Numbered from the stretch's first letter, positions 1-13,825 are shown. The stretch: 64,000 nucleotides of DNA from Lytechinus pictus (GCF_037042905.1 NC_087245.1:32180001-32244000), one strand, 5' to 3'. Notes: generated by a model not told the origin, from the sequence alone. Translations and numbers: made by a program.

Positions 1-844
1 ACACTACATCTTGGCTGTATAACAACCTTTTCATTCATTTTCTGGACCACGAATCCTTTCATATTTTGATATACAAACATTCAAGATTAACGTTCCGTAA
101 TCATAAACCTTCGAACTCAAAAGAAGCCTTGAAATATCGTCAGTAATACTTATCTTCAGAAGAAGAAAAAATAACAAGTGGCAAAAAAATTATAGTGGTG
201 CTTAGGTAGGAGAGCTTTTTATGCTACCTTGTACAACCCTGAGGCAATGTTTCTCATATCCTTTCGAACACAAACAAAAGAATTGCCTTATTCTTAAAGG
301 TCAGTTGCAGTAATACGGCCACTGGAAAGGTCTTTTCATACTTTAAGCTTATCGCAAAGCCAGAAGAGAGCAAGAAGGGAAATAATGTTATGTAAATTAA
401 TTGATGGACTTTATTCCAATGGAAAAAATTCCTTGAATGGAATTTTCTAGTAGGGTAAATGATTTAAATCCTTCCGACATTAACAGAGTTCTTGTATTTA
501 TTGTATTATAGGTTAATATACCTATCAAAACTGTTTATCGTCTGGTTAAGCCGATTATTTTCATTTACAGTACGATAAATCATTATTATTTTTTTTGTAT
601 AATGCACATGATATACTTCCTGGAATCAAAGATTCCCAAGTCATCGATTGGCAGTTCCTGAAGTCCACAAAGTTTGGTTTCATCTAGAGAATTAACCCAT
701 TCCCTACTGAACGTGGCGGTTCCTGTACAAAGCCTATGGGGATAAAGAGAGTTCAGGTATGTTAATGGATTATGAGCTTTGAAGGTTTGCGCTTTGAAGG
801 TTTGCATGGTGGTAAGACTAAATGGAGAGTTTTGTGGTAACACC

Positions 845-965
845 AGGTAGGTTAGTCCTGAAAAGGTCTGTTAGTTTATCTTTCTGATAGTAGTAGCCCT
901 GAAATGAACCGTTATTCTCGACGTTTTGGGCAGATATGCTTTGCTCTGTCAGGAGTGAAGACTTA
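845..965 (-). mobile_element. Penelope-like retroelement terminal (pLTR) relic with degenerate minimal hammerhead ribozyme
   Basis: Minus strand reads CACTC-CTGACAGA-GCAAAGCATATCTGCC-CAAAAC-GTC-GAG, the CUGANGA / stem II / GAAA-C-GUC layout with core mutations. Plus-strand context AGTCCTGAAAAGG...CGACGTTT...CAGGAGTGAAGAC resembles marine invertebrate Penelope ends. Confidence 0.5.
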
Positions 966-1489
966 AGCCAAAATGATGAGTACTTATACTATCTGAGGTC
1001 AATGAATTAAACAGCAAGTACAAATCTTGGCTTCAATCACCTTTACATATTCTATCGTGAACTTTGTGATCCATTCTGTCTGTGTTTTGGATTTTTTTTT
1101 TTTATCAGAGCAATATTTTTCATTTACCTTCATCTATCATTTAGCTCAAACCTACACCAGAGGAATTAACTTAATACTAGAAGGTTAGGGTTATATAGGG
1201 TTCTAAGCCAATTCTAATAAAGTAGAGTCTACAGAACAATTCCGTCTAGTATCGAATCAGTATATTGTCATTTCATGTGCACCACTCCAAATTTGGTAAA
1301 ATAATCACTTGGTCTATTCATTATTTTGAATAATGATACATAGTTTTTGGTGTATTTTCTCATTGTAATCCAATACCTGAATAAGATATGAAAACAGTGA
1401 ACCGCCCATTATCTATTTCTTGCCATTAGCTTTACTACCAGTTAGTCTAGTTCTCATATTATCTCAGACCACTTTGGAAAAATACATCA

Positions 1490-2580
1490 TGTCTACTATT
1501 AATTTGGTCCAACTCTGATTTGGTCTAATACCAACTTGGTCTGATTTTAGGCCATCTAATGAGAAAATGAATTGATCACAAATTTTCATTGTAGTTGATA
1601 TCTTGGTAAGATGTGAAAACAGCAATGAGGTGAATTCCTGGATCAACTTATAAACAATGGTAAAGTGCATCAGATTCACTCTCAATTTGATCTAATACCA
1701 ACTTGGTCTAATTTCTATTGTCCCAATGCTATTTTGGTAAGATGTGGAAGAAGCAATGAAGTGAATTCCTGGATCAACTTACAAACAATGATTAAAAACA
1801 TTAGAGCCATTGTCAATTCAGTATAATACCAACTTGGTCTAATTTGCTATGGTTTATTATGATAGAAAAGTTGAATACAAGTTTTCATTGCAGTTGCTTT
1901 CTTAGTAAGATATGAAAACAGCAAGGCAGTGAATTCCTGGACCAATTTACAATCATTAAATGAATCAGATCAAAATGTTGATTCAGTCTAATACCAACTT
2001 TGTCTAATTGTTATCGTTTCTTATGATGAAACAAAAATGAGGTTAATTCTTGGATCAACATACAAACAATGGGTAAGTGCACTAGATCGTAAAGTAAATC
2101 AGATCATTAAGTGTATCAGATTCACTATAAATTTGGTCTAATACCAAGTTTTTGTCTAATTGGTATTGTTTCTAAAGATGAAATGAATTGATTACAAAAT
2201 TTTTTGTAGTTGCTATCTTGGTAAGATGTGGAAACAGCAATGAAGTTGATTTCTGGATCAACTTACAATGAGTTCAGTACACCAGATTGTAAAGCGCATC
2301 AGATCCACTAAAACTTGGTCTTATACCATGTTGGTCAAATTGTTTGCTTTCTAACAATAAAATGATTTTGATTGTAACTTTTTATTGTAATTGCTATCTT
2401 AGTAAGATATTAAAACAACAAGAAAATTAATTCTTGGATAAACTTTGAAAATGGTTAAGTATTAGATCACTTTGGTCTAATTGAAATTGGGTCTAACATA
2501 ATTTTCAGCTAATCGTCAATTAGTCTAATGAAAAATGGTTTCATTGTAGTTGCAATCTTAGTAAGATTTTCAAACAGTTG
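1490..2580. repeat. Degenerate tandem array, about 7 units of 130-190 bp
   Basis: CTAATACCAACTTGGTCTAATT-like motif recurs at about 1525, 1692, 1823, 1988, 2138 and 2319, alternating with GTAAGATGTGAAAACAGCAATGAGGTGAATTCCTGGATCAACTTA-like motifs. Confidence 0.85.
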
Positions 2581-2668
2581 GTCACAAGGCAAGATCTAAT
2601 GTACTAATTTCTTTCTTGAATATTTCAATAGCTTATCAAATTTGATATTTATGTAAGATGTAAAAATC

Positions 2669-2850
2669 AGTGTTTTGGGAATCAACACTAGTTGCTGTCC
2701 CTAGCATACCACACCTAAAGGTGTCAAAATTACACCCTTGAGTTTTAACATAACACCAAGAGTGTTACAGCCAAATATGTTGCATTAACACCCATAAATT
2801 TTGAAATAACACTGATTTTTTTTTTCTTGGAAACCAAACGTTTTCAGTGC
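2669..2850. mobile_element. Decayed ACACC-rich MITE fragment (family also at about 14570-14790, 14960-15150 and 44370-45110)
   Basis: Shared GTCCCTAG..ACCACACCTAAAGGTGT..AATTACACCCT..AACATAACACCAA motif. Confidence 0.6.
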
Positions 2851-5562
2851 ATTTTTAGAATTCATTAGCATTTCAATTCCTTTTTATTTTTATAATTTGC
2901 TTGCCATCTACCTTGCAAGGCCATCATTATGCGCATGATAAACAAATTTGATTTCCTTGATAATAAATATAGTAAACTCATTAACTTGCTCTTTATGTAA
3001 GGTTTATGCCTGCAGCCATATAATCACAAGATATTTGCACCTGAGACGCACAGATTGCAATTAATTAGTAATATGATTGCAACAATTTCTTCTTTACCAT
3101 AGGGCATAAAAGCCAGAGGCAAACATTGATTTGTAACAATTGTTGAATACCATAGTATGACTTTTTACATTGACCTAATGTGGGAGAGAATATAATATTG
3201 TATCTAGCTGTTCAGTGTAAATTATAATTTGATGTGATGTTAAACTAGACTGTAACCATTCTGTCAGATCTTAATTACACATAAGAAAAATCAACGATTC
3301 GAGTATGTTGAAAAGAAAATGGGTTGTTCTACAAAAAAACACAAAGATTTGTCCCTAAGGCACCTAATCCAGATGAAAACAAAAATGTTTGTTTTCTAAG
3401 AAATCAGAAAATTAGAGGAATTTTAGAATTAGAAGTTGATTCCTTCTTTACCGCATAGCCTGCATTACTGTCTTCTTGAGATGCCCTTTCCCCTAAAAAA
3501 ATACAACCCACAATCCACCATTTACTCAGAATCTCTAAGAAGTTGGAAGCTCTTTCTGTGAAGCATACCCTTATCTCTTTTAGATGCCTATTCTCATCAA
3601 CAAAATAATACTACCCATAACCCTTCATGTGAGACGTTGCTTGCTTCTGTGATTAGGCAGCTTAATCTTTCTTTTCCCATTGAGCTGAGTACCATCCTTC
3701 CTCTCTGTTATGTTTTGGGTTGTATTTTAGAAGAACTTCAGACTACACAGAGAAGAGGTGCGACTTCACTAGTTGATGTCTAAACTAGAAGTGTTTATTC
3801 CACAAAAATCAGAGTACTTTCTCTATTTCAAGCTACTATACAGGTACATATACAAATGATAAGTCAGAGAGGAGAGAGCAGAAATTCAGAATGGAATGTC
3901 CACTATTTGGACTTTGAATGAGAGAGAGAGGAGATACTAAGAAATAGCAACCACCGGGTTAAAGTGAAAGTAGTTGTGTACACGTTCAATACACATCTTT
4001 GCATACAAAGACATTACACTCTCCCCTTGAAAAAATTACCCACCATCCTTCATTCACTCAGAAACTTAATTCTTAAAAGTTGCTTCCTTCAGTGATTAGA
4101 GATAGCAGAATATTTCATTCCCCATGGAGTTGAGCTCTACCCACAATCCCTTGCAAGAGACACCTGTGCCCTTCAATATTTTCTCAACTCATCTAGGGAG
4201 GTCCTCTCGTGTTTACACAACGTCATCCACCCATCTCGCCTCTTTCGCATGCTACATTAATAATATATCTGACGTGAGTTTGCCGACCGGCCGATCGGGA
4301 GAGGTGCAACGCCACGACCCTCACTCTATTTTATTAACTTGGAGTCAGTCATCCTTCAGCTGACGTACTTTCCTTTATGAAAGCAGGGTTCGCTTGTGTC
4401 TATTCAAGAAAGGTCTCAAAAAGCAAAGTTTGCATACATGTATAAACATACACAGCCTTGTCTACGTGAAATAGATTTTGTTATTATTTTCTTAATATTT
4501 GCTGTTGCATGAATAAACCTGAAGTACCTAATCATTAAGAAGAAAATGCTGGTATTGTGCAATATAAGTTGTAAAAATCATTGATGTTGCATTTTAATTG
4601 CTTTCTCTCTTAACAATACACTTCATTTCATACTGGGAAAATAATAAATTCCCCAGCAGTAATGACAAATGCAAGTTATTTGGCTATGTATGCTACTTAC
4701 AAGTATTGAAAAAAATGCACAAAAACATATCTGCTAACAAAATATCTCGCACAAGCTTTCCAGCATCGTCAATAGCAGCTAGCTGAATAGAAATACATTG
4801 CAAAAAAACACATTGACATTTAAACAAGGTCGTGTCGTATGACAATAGAAGTCCTCTGATTATAAATCATGCACATCCCCTTCAAAAAAGCCCTTTCCTT
4901 CCATTATAGCTCGGGTATGTTTCCATAGAATTTTTGACAGACACTCAAATCTTATTACTTTCTTCCTGCACGGACTCGGTTACATTCTTTACCATTGCGA
5001 CTAAATAATTCAATTCCGATTTGATTCGATTTGGCAACTCTGGCATTTACAGCTTATTGGGAAAATCATGGCCGGCAATTTTTGAGCTCGCCGAGACAGG
5101 AAACGAGACCTTTGCCTGAGAACAATAAGACCCGTCTTGCCTGGGAGTACCGCAAGACAAATATGAGCCTCCAGCTTGTGTGGTTTCTTTGTATTTTACT
5201 TGAAAGTTAAATCCATCAGCAGACTCAAGGACTTGACTACGATGCTATCATATTACAGCTCATATCAATAGCAATAAGGTAACCCTTACAATACTACAAA
5301 AGAATGACATAACCAGTCTATAATTAGGCCTACAGACACACAGCAAAATTGTTATTTTTTAGAATTTCATACAAGGCTGTTAACTACATTATAAACGTTA
5401 CAGTGGTTGTGTAAAAGTTTGAATAACCATGCTCAATTTATTGAAGATTAAATATTAAGAATTAAATACTAATGTTTCTGATTTTAATCACTTGTTTAAA
5501 CTGTTAAACGACTGGTAAACAACTACTGTATATTTCATATAGTAAACAACGTAGTAAACAAA

Positions 5563-5968
5563 TAGAGTACCCAAGTGTGACGTCATCAATTTTCACTTTT
5601 TGCATTTCAGCGCTTTTTATACCATATTTTGGTAGAGCATGACGAAAACCCCCCACAACCCAAATTTGGTGGATATCGGTCCATGGGGGCCTTAGATATG
5701 ACCTCATGAATACATAATTAGCCCCATTGAAGTCAATGTATTATTGGCCTGGTTCTAAAAGTTAGGAACCAGGCCAATAATACATTGACTTAAATGGGGC
5801 TAATTACATGAATGTTTATTCATGATGAGGTCATATCTCAGGCCCCCATGGACCGATTCTCACCAAATTTTGGTGGTTGGGGTTTTTGTCATGCGCTACC
5901 AAAATATGATATCAAAACTGCTGAAATGCCAAAAAAGTTTTTTGTGACATCATCACTTCGGCACTCTA
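5563..5968. mobile_element. About 405-bp foldback (palindromic) MITE flanked by TA
   Basis: The two halves are inverted copies: GAGTACCCAAGTG...CACTTCGGCACTC at the ends and TAATTAGCCCCATTGAAGTCAATGTATTATTGGCCTGGTTC / GAACCAGGCCAATAATACATTGACTTAAATGGGGCTAATTA around the centre at about 5760. Confidence 0.9.
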
Positions 5969-6038
5969 TTTCAAACAGTGTTTTTACTGTGTAGAGAGCT
6001 TAGTTCTAAATTCATGGCTTATTGTCATACTATCACAG

Positions 6039-6485
6039 CAGAGATGCCAACCTAAAGGGATGGTTGTCAGGAATATTTACCATATTTGTCAGGAACAAAT
6101 GGGAGTTTCTCAGGAACATCCCGCGAAGTAGCATCGTTTATACGCTCAACCACCCAATCGCCATTGACATTGTGCATGCATGAACCGCGGCTTGCACTCC
6201 GCACTTCGCTGTGTATTCAGCAGCAGCGCGCGGAGGCGCTTGCAATAGAAATCTCAGTAGAGAAACTCCCGTTGGTTTACCGTTGGCCACACACACACTG
6301 CATGCACGATACATGTATACACAATACACAATACACGCATATATACACATGCACAGCAAAGCAATACACAATACACATGTATTGTAGTTGTTTTTTCCGT
6401 AACCTTTTTATTGTTGCCGTAACACCGTAATTGGAGGAATAAAATGGGAACAAATACGGCGAATCCGTAACGGTTGGCATCTCTG
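6039..6485. mobile_element. Non-autonomous DNA transposon, 14-bp TIR CAGAGATGCCAACC, 6-bp TSD TCACAG
   Basis: CAGAGATGCCAACC at 6039 and GGTTGGCATCTCTG ending at 6485; TCACAG at 6033-6038 and 6486-6491. Confidence 0.85.
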
Positions 6486-6976
6486 TCACAGTAGTAGTAG
6501 TAGTAGTAGTATAAGTGATGGTGTTAATATCATTTGTATCACATACATGCTATTAAATTAAAATCATTATCTTTATCTTTATCCGCGGCTTGCACTCCGC
6601 ACTTCGCTGTGTATTCAGCAGCAGCGCGCGGAGGCGCTTGCAATAGAAATCTCAGTAGAGAAACTCCCGTTGGTTTACCGTTGGCCACACACACACTGCA
6701 TGCACGATACATGTATACACAATACACAATACACGCATATATACACATGCACAGCAAAGCAATACACAATACACATGTATTGTAGTTGTTTTTTCCGTAA
6801 CCTTTTTATTGTTGCCGTAACACCGTAATTGGAGGAATAAAATCGGAACAAATACGGCGAATCCGTAACGGTTGGCATCTCTGTCACAGTAGTAGTAGTA
6901 GTAGTAGTATAAGTGATGGTGTTAATATCATTTGTATCACATACATGCTATTAAATTAAAATCATTATCTTTATCT
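6185..6976. repeat. 398-bp near-perfect direct tandem duplication
   Basis: 6185-6582 is repeated at 6583-6976; one substitution seen by eye (AAAATGGGAACA vs AAAATCGGAACA). Confidence 0.95.
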
Positions 6977-8267
6977 AATGTTGTAATTGTCACACTGCCA
7001 ACACAATTATCATCATCATTATTATAGGTTTCACATTAAGAAGGAAAAACACCATTATATCTTGCCAACATACCACAATAAGAAAACAATGAAAAGAAAA
7101 CAGGATGAAAAAATGTTATGTAGAGCATTTCTACACTTAACATACCTTTATTACGTACTGTCTCAGTGAGTGTCATCAAAATTGAAATCAGCACGAACCT
7201 GGAATTGAAGAAAGAAAAAGATGATAAATATTGGTATTCCCTGAAGAATTTTCATTGATGTTTGATTTAAAAAAATTCAAGGGAAGATCTTTGAATTTAT
7301 GGGTGGAAAAGAAGCAAGATACTGAAAAAAGGTAATAAAGGTATTCACCTGATTATGTAAATATCATACAAAGTCATCCCATTGCCAATTTGCAACTCCT
7401 CTCACAGCAGTGATCATGTATCATTTCCCCCTTGTTTTTCACCTCATTAAAGAGTTCATAGCAAATTTGAGATGCACCAGACATCACCTTTATAAACATT
7501 TAAGAGGGGGTAAAATGTACTCATTGCAATGTTTGAAAGGGATGAGTCTTGGGTGATACATAACAGGTACTACTTGATAGAAACCATGAGGTGTATTCAG
7601 ACCAACTCGAGAACCAGAATACCTATAACTTTACGAGAAATTGTTCAGGCCCTAAAATATCCACTGAATATTTTCCGCATTCAATTCAATTTGCATTTAT
7701 TTCATTCCCAGTTAAAAATATACATAATACAAAATATAGGAAATAATTTACAAGCAAAAGTAGAAAAGAAATTCAAATGGGGGAACTGCCCAAAAAAGCC
7801 TTGTACAAGTTCAGTTCCCAAAACATTGATTGTGTAGAATACATTGTAAAGAAAGGATAAAATAAAATACCAAAAGAGACAAAAGAACAAAAAAAAACTG
7901 ACAATTTACAAGAAAGAAATGACTATGTATACTTCAGATGAAAAAACTTCTTTAGTCTTTTTTGAATGAATTAACTAAAACTTGTTTTCAATCAACAATC
8001 CATCTATATCTACCGACCCAAAGCAAATGCTTTTGGGGTTAAGATCTCTCAAAGTCAGAAGCTCGAACAATAGGGTCTGATTCAAAATCACAAGCTCAGC
8101 AGCCCATGGTGTCTGGACCCAACTACTGGCAATGTCAAAAAGGCTCTCGTAATTTGCTTTCACACTGCAAAAATATCCACAACCTAAACAAAATCCTTTA
8201 TAATTTTCACAAGTAACAAACATTTAGCAGGTATCTTCTTTCAGCAATATTCCAAATATTTTTCTAT

Positions 8268-8375
8268 CACACTGGCAAAAAGAACAAGAATTATCTGATC
8301 GGAGTAGATCAGGGTCACTTTCCCGATCAGAGAATACCTGGTATTATCAAACTATGGGTCGGTCTGAATACACCT
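8268..8375. mobile_element. Old right-end fragment related to the 17768-18245 MITE
   Basis: TCTGATCGG...TTTCCCGATCAGAGAATACCTGG...CGGTCTGAATACACCT matches about 18150-18245. Confidence 0.7.
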
Positions 8376-9977
8376 ATTGGGTAATAACAAGGCCCTACAA
8401 CACCGAGCCATAAATCAAAGTGTTTTGACTTGTAATCATAAATCATTTGGGTGCGGATAATTGATAGGGGGTTGGCAATGAAGGAAAGTGGATTAATGAT
8501 CATGAGCCCTGAGACTATGTTTACATCACTCACAGGGAGCCTATTACCTCTGACCAAATGCCATCAATCAGAGAATTTCTTGGGGTCAAGCTATAAAATA
8601 TTCCAGAGTAGAGAAATGCTTACTCCAAAGAAATGTATCGATACAAACCAGGTGAAAAAAGGTATAGGATATAATATCCTATTGCTGAGAAAGGGCAGTA
8701 AACATATTCAAATGGAGAAAAAAATAAAAAGTTAGTAAGAACATGGATGAACAACATTGACTAATAATTTCATATTTCAATAGGAGTTTTCTTCATATAA
8801 GTCTATTTACGAGAGTGCGTAATACCAAATTCTTGTCATTCACACATTTTATTATAATTTAAAGCAGTCTCAGTCTTTGGAAAAATGTTCAATAATGTGA
8901 ACTATATCATATCACCTGAAACTCCATTTTTACAGTGAACAGACATGTTTTTATTAGCAATTGTATATAGAAATCTACAATTCCAAAATTTACAACCATG
9001 CTTGAGAAATGGTTAAATACCAAAAAAGAAAAGATATACAATACAAGGAGGAATATCTATGAGGTTTCAAACTGAATAAGATTTCATGTAAAAAACTCTC
9101 CTCACTCTCCCATATAAGAAAGGACACAAAAAGCAGAAAGTTTGCAAAAATAAAGAGTAACAAACATTATTTCTAGAGATATTCCCTGATGATTCATCTA
9201 GCATTATACCAAACACAAACTTTATAATCGGACCCCTATGAGCAGAATGTGGCCACATATTTGCTGCTGAAAAAGCTGGTATAAAATAAAATGTTAAAAC
9301 ACAGCGTAGGGATCTCATTACATCACAGAGAAGTGATTTCCGGCAGAAATACAATTAAACCAACCAGTATAAAATCACATCACAAACTGAATTCAATTTG
9401 TAGCGGACCATCAATATTCGGTAAAATGTGTAATTATGACAATCTGAGAGTCCCTGAGCATGCAATGGTTGCACAGTCATGCATGAAAAGCATACAGATA
9501 TACAGCAAATGCAATGAAAAACCATAATTGAATCGACCTAATGTTCAAAAGCCCATCTGCGATTCTTGGCATATATCTGTCATGTTCTTGTTTTCCAAAG
9601 TGTACTTTAGCTACCAAGAGAACTCCCGGTACACAGCGGGTCTTTACGTTGAACAAACACCATCTTGAGTGATGTCCCTTAAAGGACACATAAGCGGATA
9701 AGCCCAGGAGTAATCAATAAGACGAGAGATGGACGTGACCAGCAGAACTACCTGTACCTCCTGGGGGGTGCGTGTTGTTCTTGCTCGTAGCTTCTTTAGG
9801 GGCAGATGCTAATAGGTTTATAGGCAAAGGTGGAATCCGAAAATTCCAACTCCAAACAAATGAGTTTCTACTTTTGATATGGTCTTATTACTTTGGTGCA
9901 ATGCATGATATGGGAGGTTAAATATGAATATATCCTACTTTCAGGACCTATGCAATTCCAATTCAAAACTGATTTAA

Positions 9978-10050
9978 CCTCTTAACGGCTGAATTTTGTG
10001 ATTTCAATAGTTTTTAGTAGAGGGACCAACCGGTTCCAGTAGCTAATGGG
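9978..10050. mobile_element. Miniature (73-bp) piggyBac-like element
   Basis: TTAA|CCTCTTAACGGCTG ... CAGTAGCTAATGGG|TTAA: TTAA on both sides, CC...GG termini, imperfect TIR. Confidence 0.5.
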
Positions 10051-12165
10051 TTAAGGCAAACCTACAAAAAAAATGTATTTACATTACCGGCTGGCAAAGA
10101 AAGCCAAAGTAATCATTTCTTCTTTCAAAAGCCCTGATAATTCCAATTTGGAAATTTACATTAATTAATAATGAATAAAACATGGCACAGATTGTTCATA
10201 TTTCCTTTGTTAATATGATTTCTTCAGCTTAGTATATTTGGTTGCAGGTATTGTTTTCAGATCAACAGATGGTTTCGGTAATTAACACAATCCAAAGGTG
10301 TGAATTACGACAGAAATTAATTCAAATCAACTTGACTATTTTTCAGAAAGATGGGTGTAAGATTGGTAAGGACTTTACGTGTAGTTGAGGGTATTATCAC
10401 TGAACTATAGAAAAGAAGATTCCCCTTACAACACTTCTATTACCGACTGATAACCATCTATTACGTATGACAAAAGGCATGCATGTCTGGAAAATTGAAC
10501 CATACCTTTAAAAAAATAATCATACAATGAATATGCACACATGGGACTGTTGTTACGAACAATACGACTCGTGTTACACACAGCGCGCCCAACGCTGTCT
10601 GCAAGGCTGACAAAAGATCATCTACGCAAGGAGCATCAGATGAAATGAATTATTTATGAGGGCTTTATAAAAACTCCTAATGGAGCAAAACAAATGACGA
10701 GGCTTTGGGGACCTGGGAAAAGTAGATGCTTGGTGACTTTGATAAAAAAAAGGGTTACAACCCAATTCTAAATGGAATAAATCATGGAGCATACAGCTAA
10801 AAGCTAGAATTCATGGTAATTATTACAAAACCATGAAAACCTACATTTAGATTCAAGTTTTCTTTCAATGTTATTCAGTTTTTTTAATGAGGTTTGCATC
10901 TCCGATATTGTCAATTTCATGGGAATAAATGTGAACAAAATAAAACGATTTCATACCGTTATTATTATTCATATTGGGCATGTGCACTACGTCAGCTAAT
11001 TGAGTCATTCATTTCATTTATTTCCATTTCTGGTAAAAAACATTCAAATACAATCAAATATTTACAAAAAGAAAACATATGAATATAAATACCAAGAATA
11101 TGGGGGAGCCAGCAGAGGCCATTAATACAATAATTTTTTTTTTCACTTGTTAGGCTAAATGCTTTCCTTTTAATACCATCATTTAATTATCTGCATAAAT
11201 GTGGGCAGAAAATGTCTCCAAACATTGGTGACTGCCAGTGGTCAACAAACCTCAGACGACACTGTCCAAACACTCGCGCATGGCCCAATTCCAAATCAAA
11301 CATACGTCGCTTTAATCAGCGTCCTCCCCCACCCCCTCCCATTAAACACTTTAATTTTTTGTTCAGTCGTCCATCCATGCACATCCCCAACTTAGAAATA
11401 TACACACCACACCAACTTGAGTATTTTATCTGATTTTTTTTACATGAAAATGGCAGGTAATGATCCCATTTCACTGGCTTGGTTGCCATGGAGATGTAAC
11501 TTGAGCCCTCTATGGCGTAGATAGGGTCAGGTGGGTATGTTGATACAGCTGAGAATGTGCGTTGGGATTCACAAGGGTACTACTGGCAAGTGGCAATGAA
11601 AGATCCAAGATGAATAAAATTTTATTTGTTTAGATTTCCTAATAGTCACTGCCAGAAGGCACGAAAGGTAAAGATTCCCATTCCTACTACGGCAAAATTT
11701 AAATGGAATCCCAAAATTGACATTTTAATGCTCACGATACAGGAAAGAAACAATAGAATTAGAGCAGAGCGTCTGACTAAATAACCCACTTGATAAGTGT
11801 AAGAGGAACTAGATTTATTTTCAGTGAAATGCTGTAATAAATACAGTGCAACTCAGACAGGTTTTATTTAACAGTTGGAAGACTACAAAGTTAAACTCCA
11901 TATAAGATCTTGTCATCAAAACTATGCAATGTAATTTATAAAATGATACTCTTTTTAATATGATACTCAATTTCAATGAAACAACGATATAAATCAATTA
12001 AGATGTTCAAATTGAAAATAGGATATCTATTTTTTTTATTTCAAATGTCTAATGTCCAATGGCAATCCTGATTTTGTTTGGGGGAATTCTTCAGCAGCAT
12101 TCCCTCCCATCCCCCAAAAATAAATCCTGGATATGCAAAAAAAAATACATAAATTAATCCTAACC

Positions 12166-12553
12166 TTAAAAGTAAAAGACAGTACTTGCAGCAAACAATA
12201 ATTTAGTGAGAAAGTATGTTTAAATCAAGGTTAATTGTCAAAATATTATCATACATCTAGATCTGGTACATTAGTGTGAACTTATCTTTGTAAAATAATG
12301 AAATCTTAGCTCAAAATCGATAATCGATCACTAACAGAGAAAAGCATATGTGGGGCAGTGTATTAATATTGCTTTGAAAAATACCCGACATTTGATGGAA
12401 TTCCGTGCTCACTTTGCTCATTTCTTTGCAATTACACATTTTCTTCCAGAGCTATTTGGCTCATATTTTTTTTATTTATACATAGAAACACTTTGGTGGT
12501 AATTTCATTGGACTCTGTTCGAACTCAATTTGAGATTGTTACCACAACTTTAA
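12166..12553. mobile_element. Kolobok-like non-autonomous element, one end eroded (family of 21482-21894)
   Basis: Begins TTAAAAGTAAAAGACAG; collinear with 21482-21894 (e.g. ATTATCATACATCTAGATCTGGTACA, TGGAATTCCGTGC). Confidence 0.8.
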
Positions 12554-13519
12554 AATCTTTAAAATTTGTTGCACACTCAACTTGATACAAGTAGTGATTA
12601 AAATGGTAATGAAGCAATAATCATATTTTACAAGCACAATCATTTCTAGAATTGTTCCTGATAGAAGGAAGTTATTCAATTGATCTAATTGTCCACACTC
12701 CCTAAAGTTCCGTAAATCTGGCACTGTCTGTTTTGCATATTTGCTCTATTAAAAAAAACATGAAACTCATGAATTTTATAAATTGATGTATGTATATCAT
12801 GAATACAATTCCAGCCCTGGAAGGGAATTGTTCAATGATAACATGCATGTTGCCAGTGACATTTCCAACGTAACATCAAACTACTCGACTAGGAAAACAA
12901 GATGCAAATGATAGCAGCCGGGTATCGTATGACATGTGACTGGTTCTCCACCAATCAGATAAGGGGTGTTGTATGATACATGTGTGTATGAGAAACAGGT
13001 AATGAATGATCATACACACAGTATACATACAGGCTACAATCTCTCTTAGATATGAAACCATCAGAGCAGCTCTCATGCACATTATCTTTTCCAATTGGAA
13101 TCGGCATAACTACATCATGTTACACCAATTTTAATTTTTAATTTTCATATTTTTTTCTACTGGAATGGAAAAGGGGAAGATATAAAGAGAATGGGAAAAA
13201 TGGAATGCACATTTTGAGGAGTCTGGATTGGGAAATAGCATGTCACGTGAAACAGTAGCTCTGCAAAGCTATAACTTTGCTGATAACGGTTGAATGTAAT
13301 AGTGATGTTCACACATGAAAGAAAAACAGAGAATATATTCTCTATATTCTATCATGATTGTTTCCAAGAACTCGCTGGGGGAGAGTTAAGGATTTATACT
13401 GATGCTAGTGACTTGCAGTGGACAGCATATTTGCTCACATCTCATGGTAGAAACTATATATTTTATGAGGGGAAAAAATAACCACAGGTTTTTGGAAGGG
13501 AAAATGTTGCATTTTTTTT

Positions 13520-13712
13520 AACAAGGTGAATCGCAAACCACAAGTCTCGCCTGATTTCGAGATCAACAAAATATGCAACATGATCTTTTGACCCTTAGAT
13601 GACCTTTGACCCTATCATCCTCGAGAACACACGTGTGGTATAACCCAAAGATCATTTGTATCGAGTCTAAAGATGCACATATACTGCACACACCTCTTAG
13701 GCGGCTCCAAAA
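13520..13712. mobile_element. Degenerate Helentron/HINE-like fragment
   Basis: AACAAG start, GTCTCGCCTG motif and TGACC(T)TTGACC core, as in 61537-62397. Confidence 0.5.
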
Positions 13713-13825
13713 TAAGGTACAAGCAAAAACTAACTTTTAAAGTACCCCCTCCATCACCAAAACAGATTTCTGCCACTTGTTTCTAACATTCTGCCTACCG
13801 CTTACCTTTCTTTGTCTGAGCCCTG

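Noticed and set aside
4198..4279. Possible small exon (AG|...|GTGAGT)
   Set aside because: Weak acceptor, and the open-frame peptides are unrecognisable.
6086..6887. Duplicated Cys/Tyr-rich ORFs
   Set aside because: They arise from a CA/TA low-complexity tract inside a duplicated MITE.
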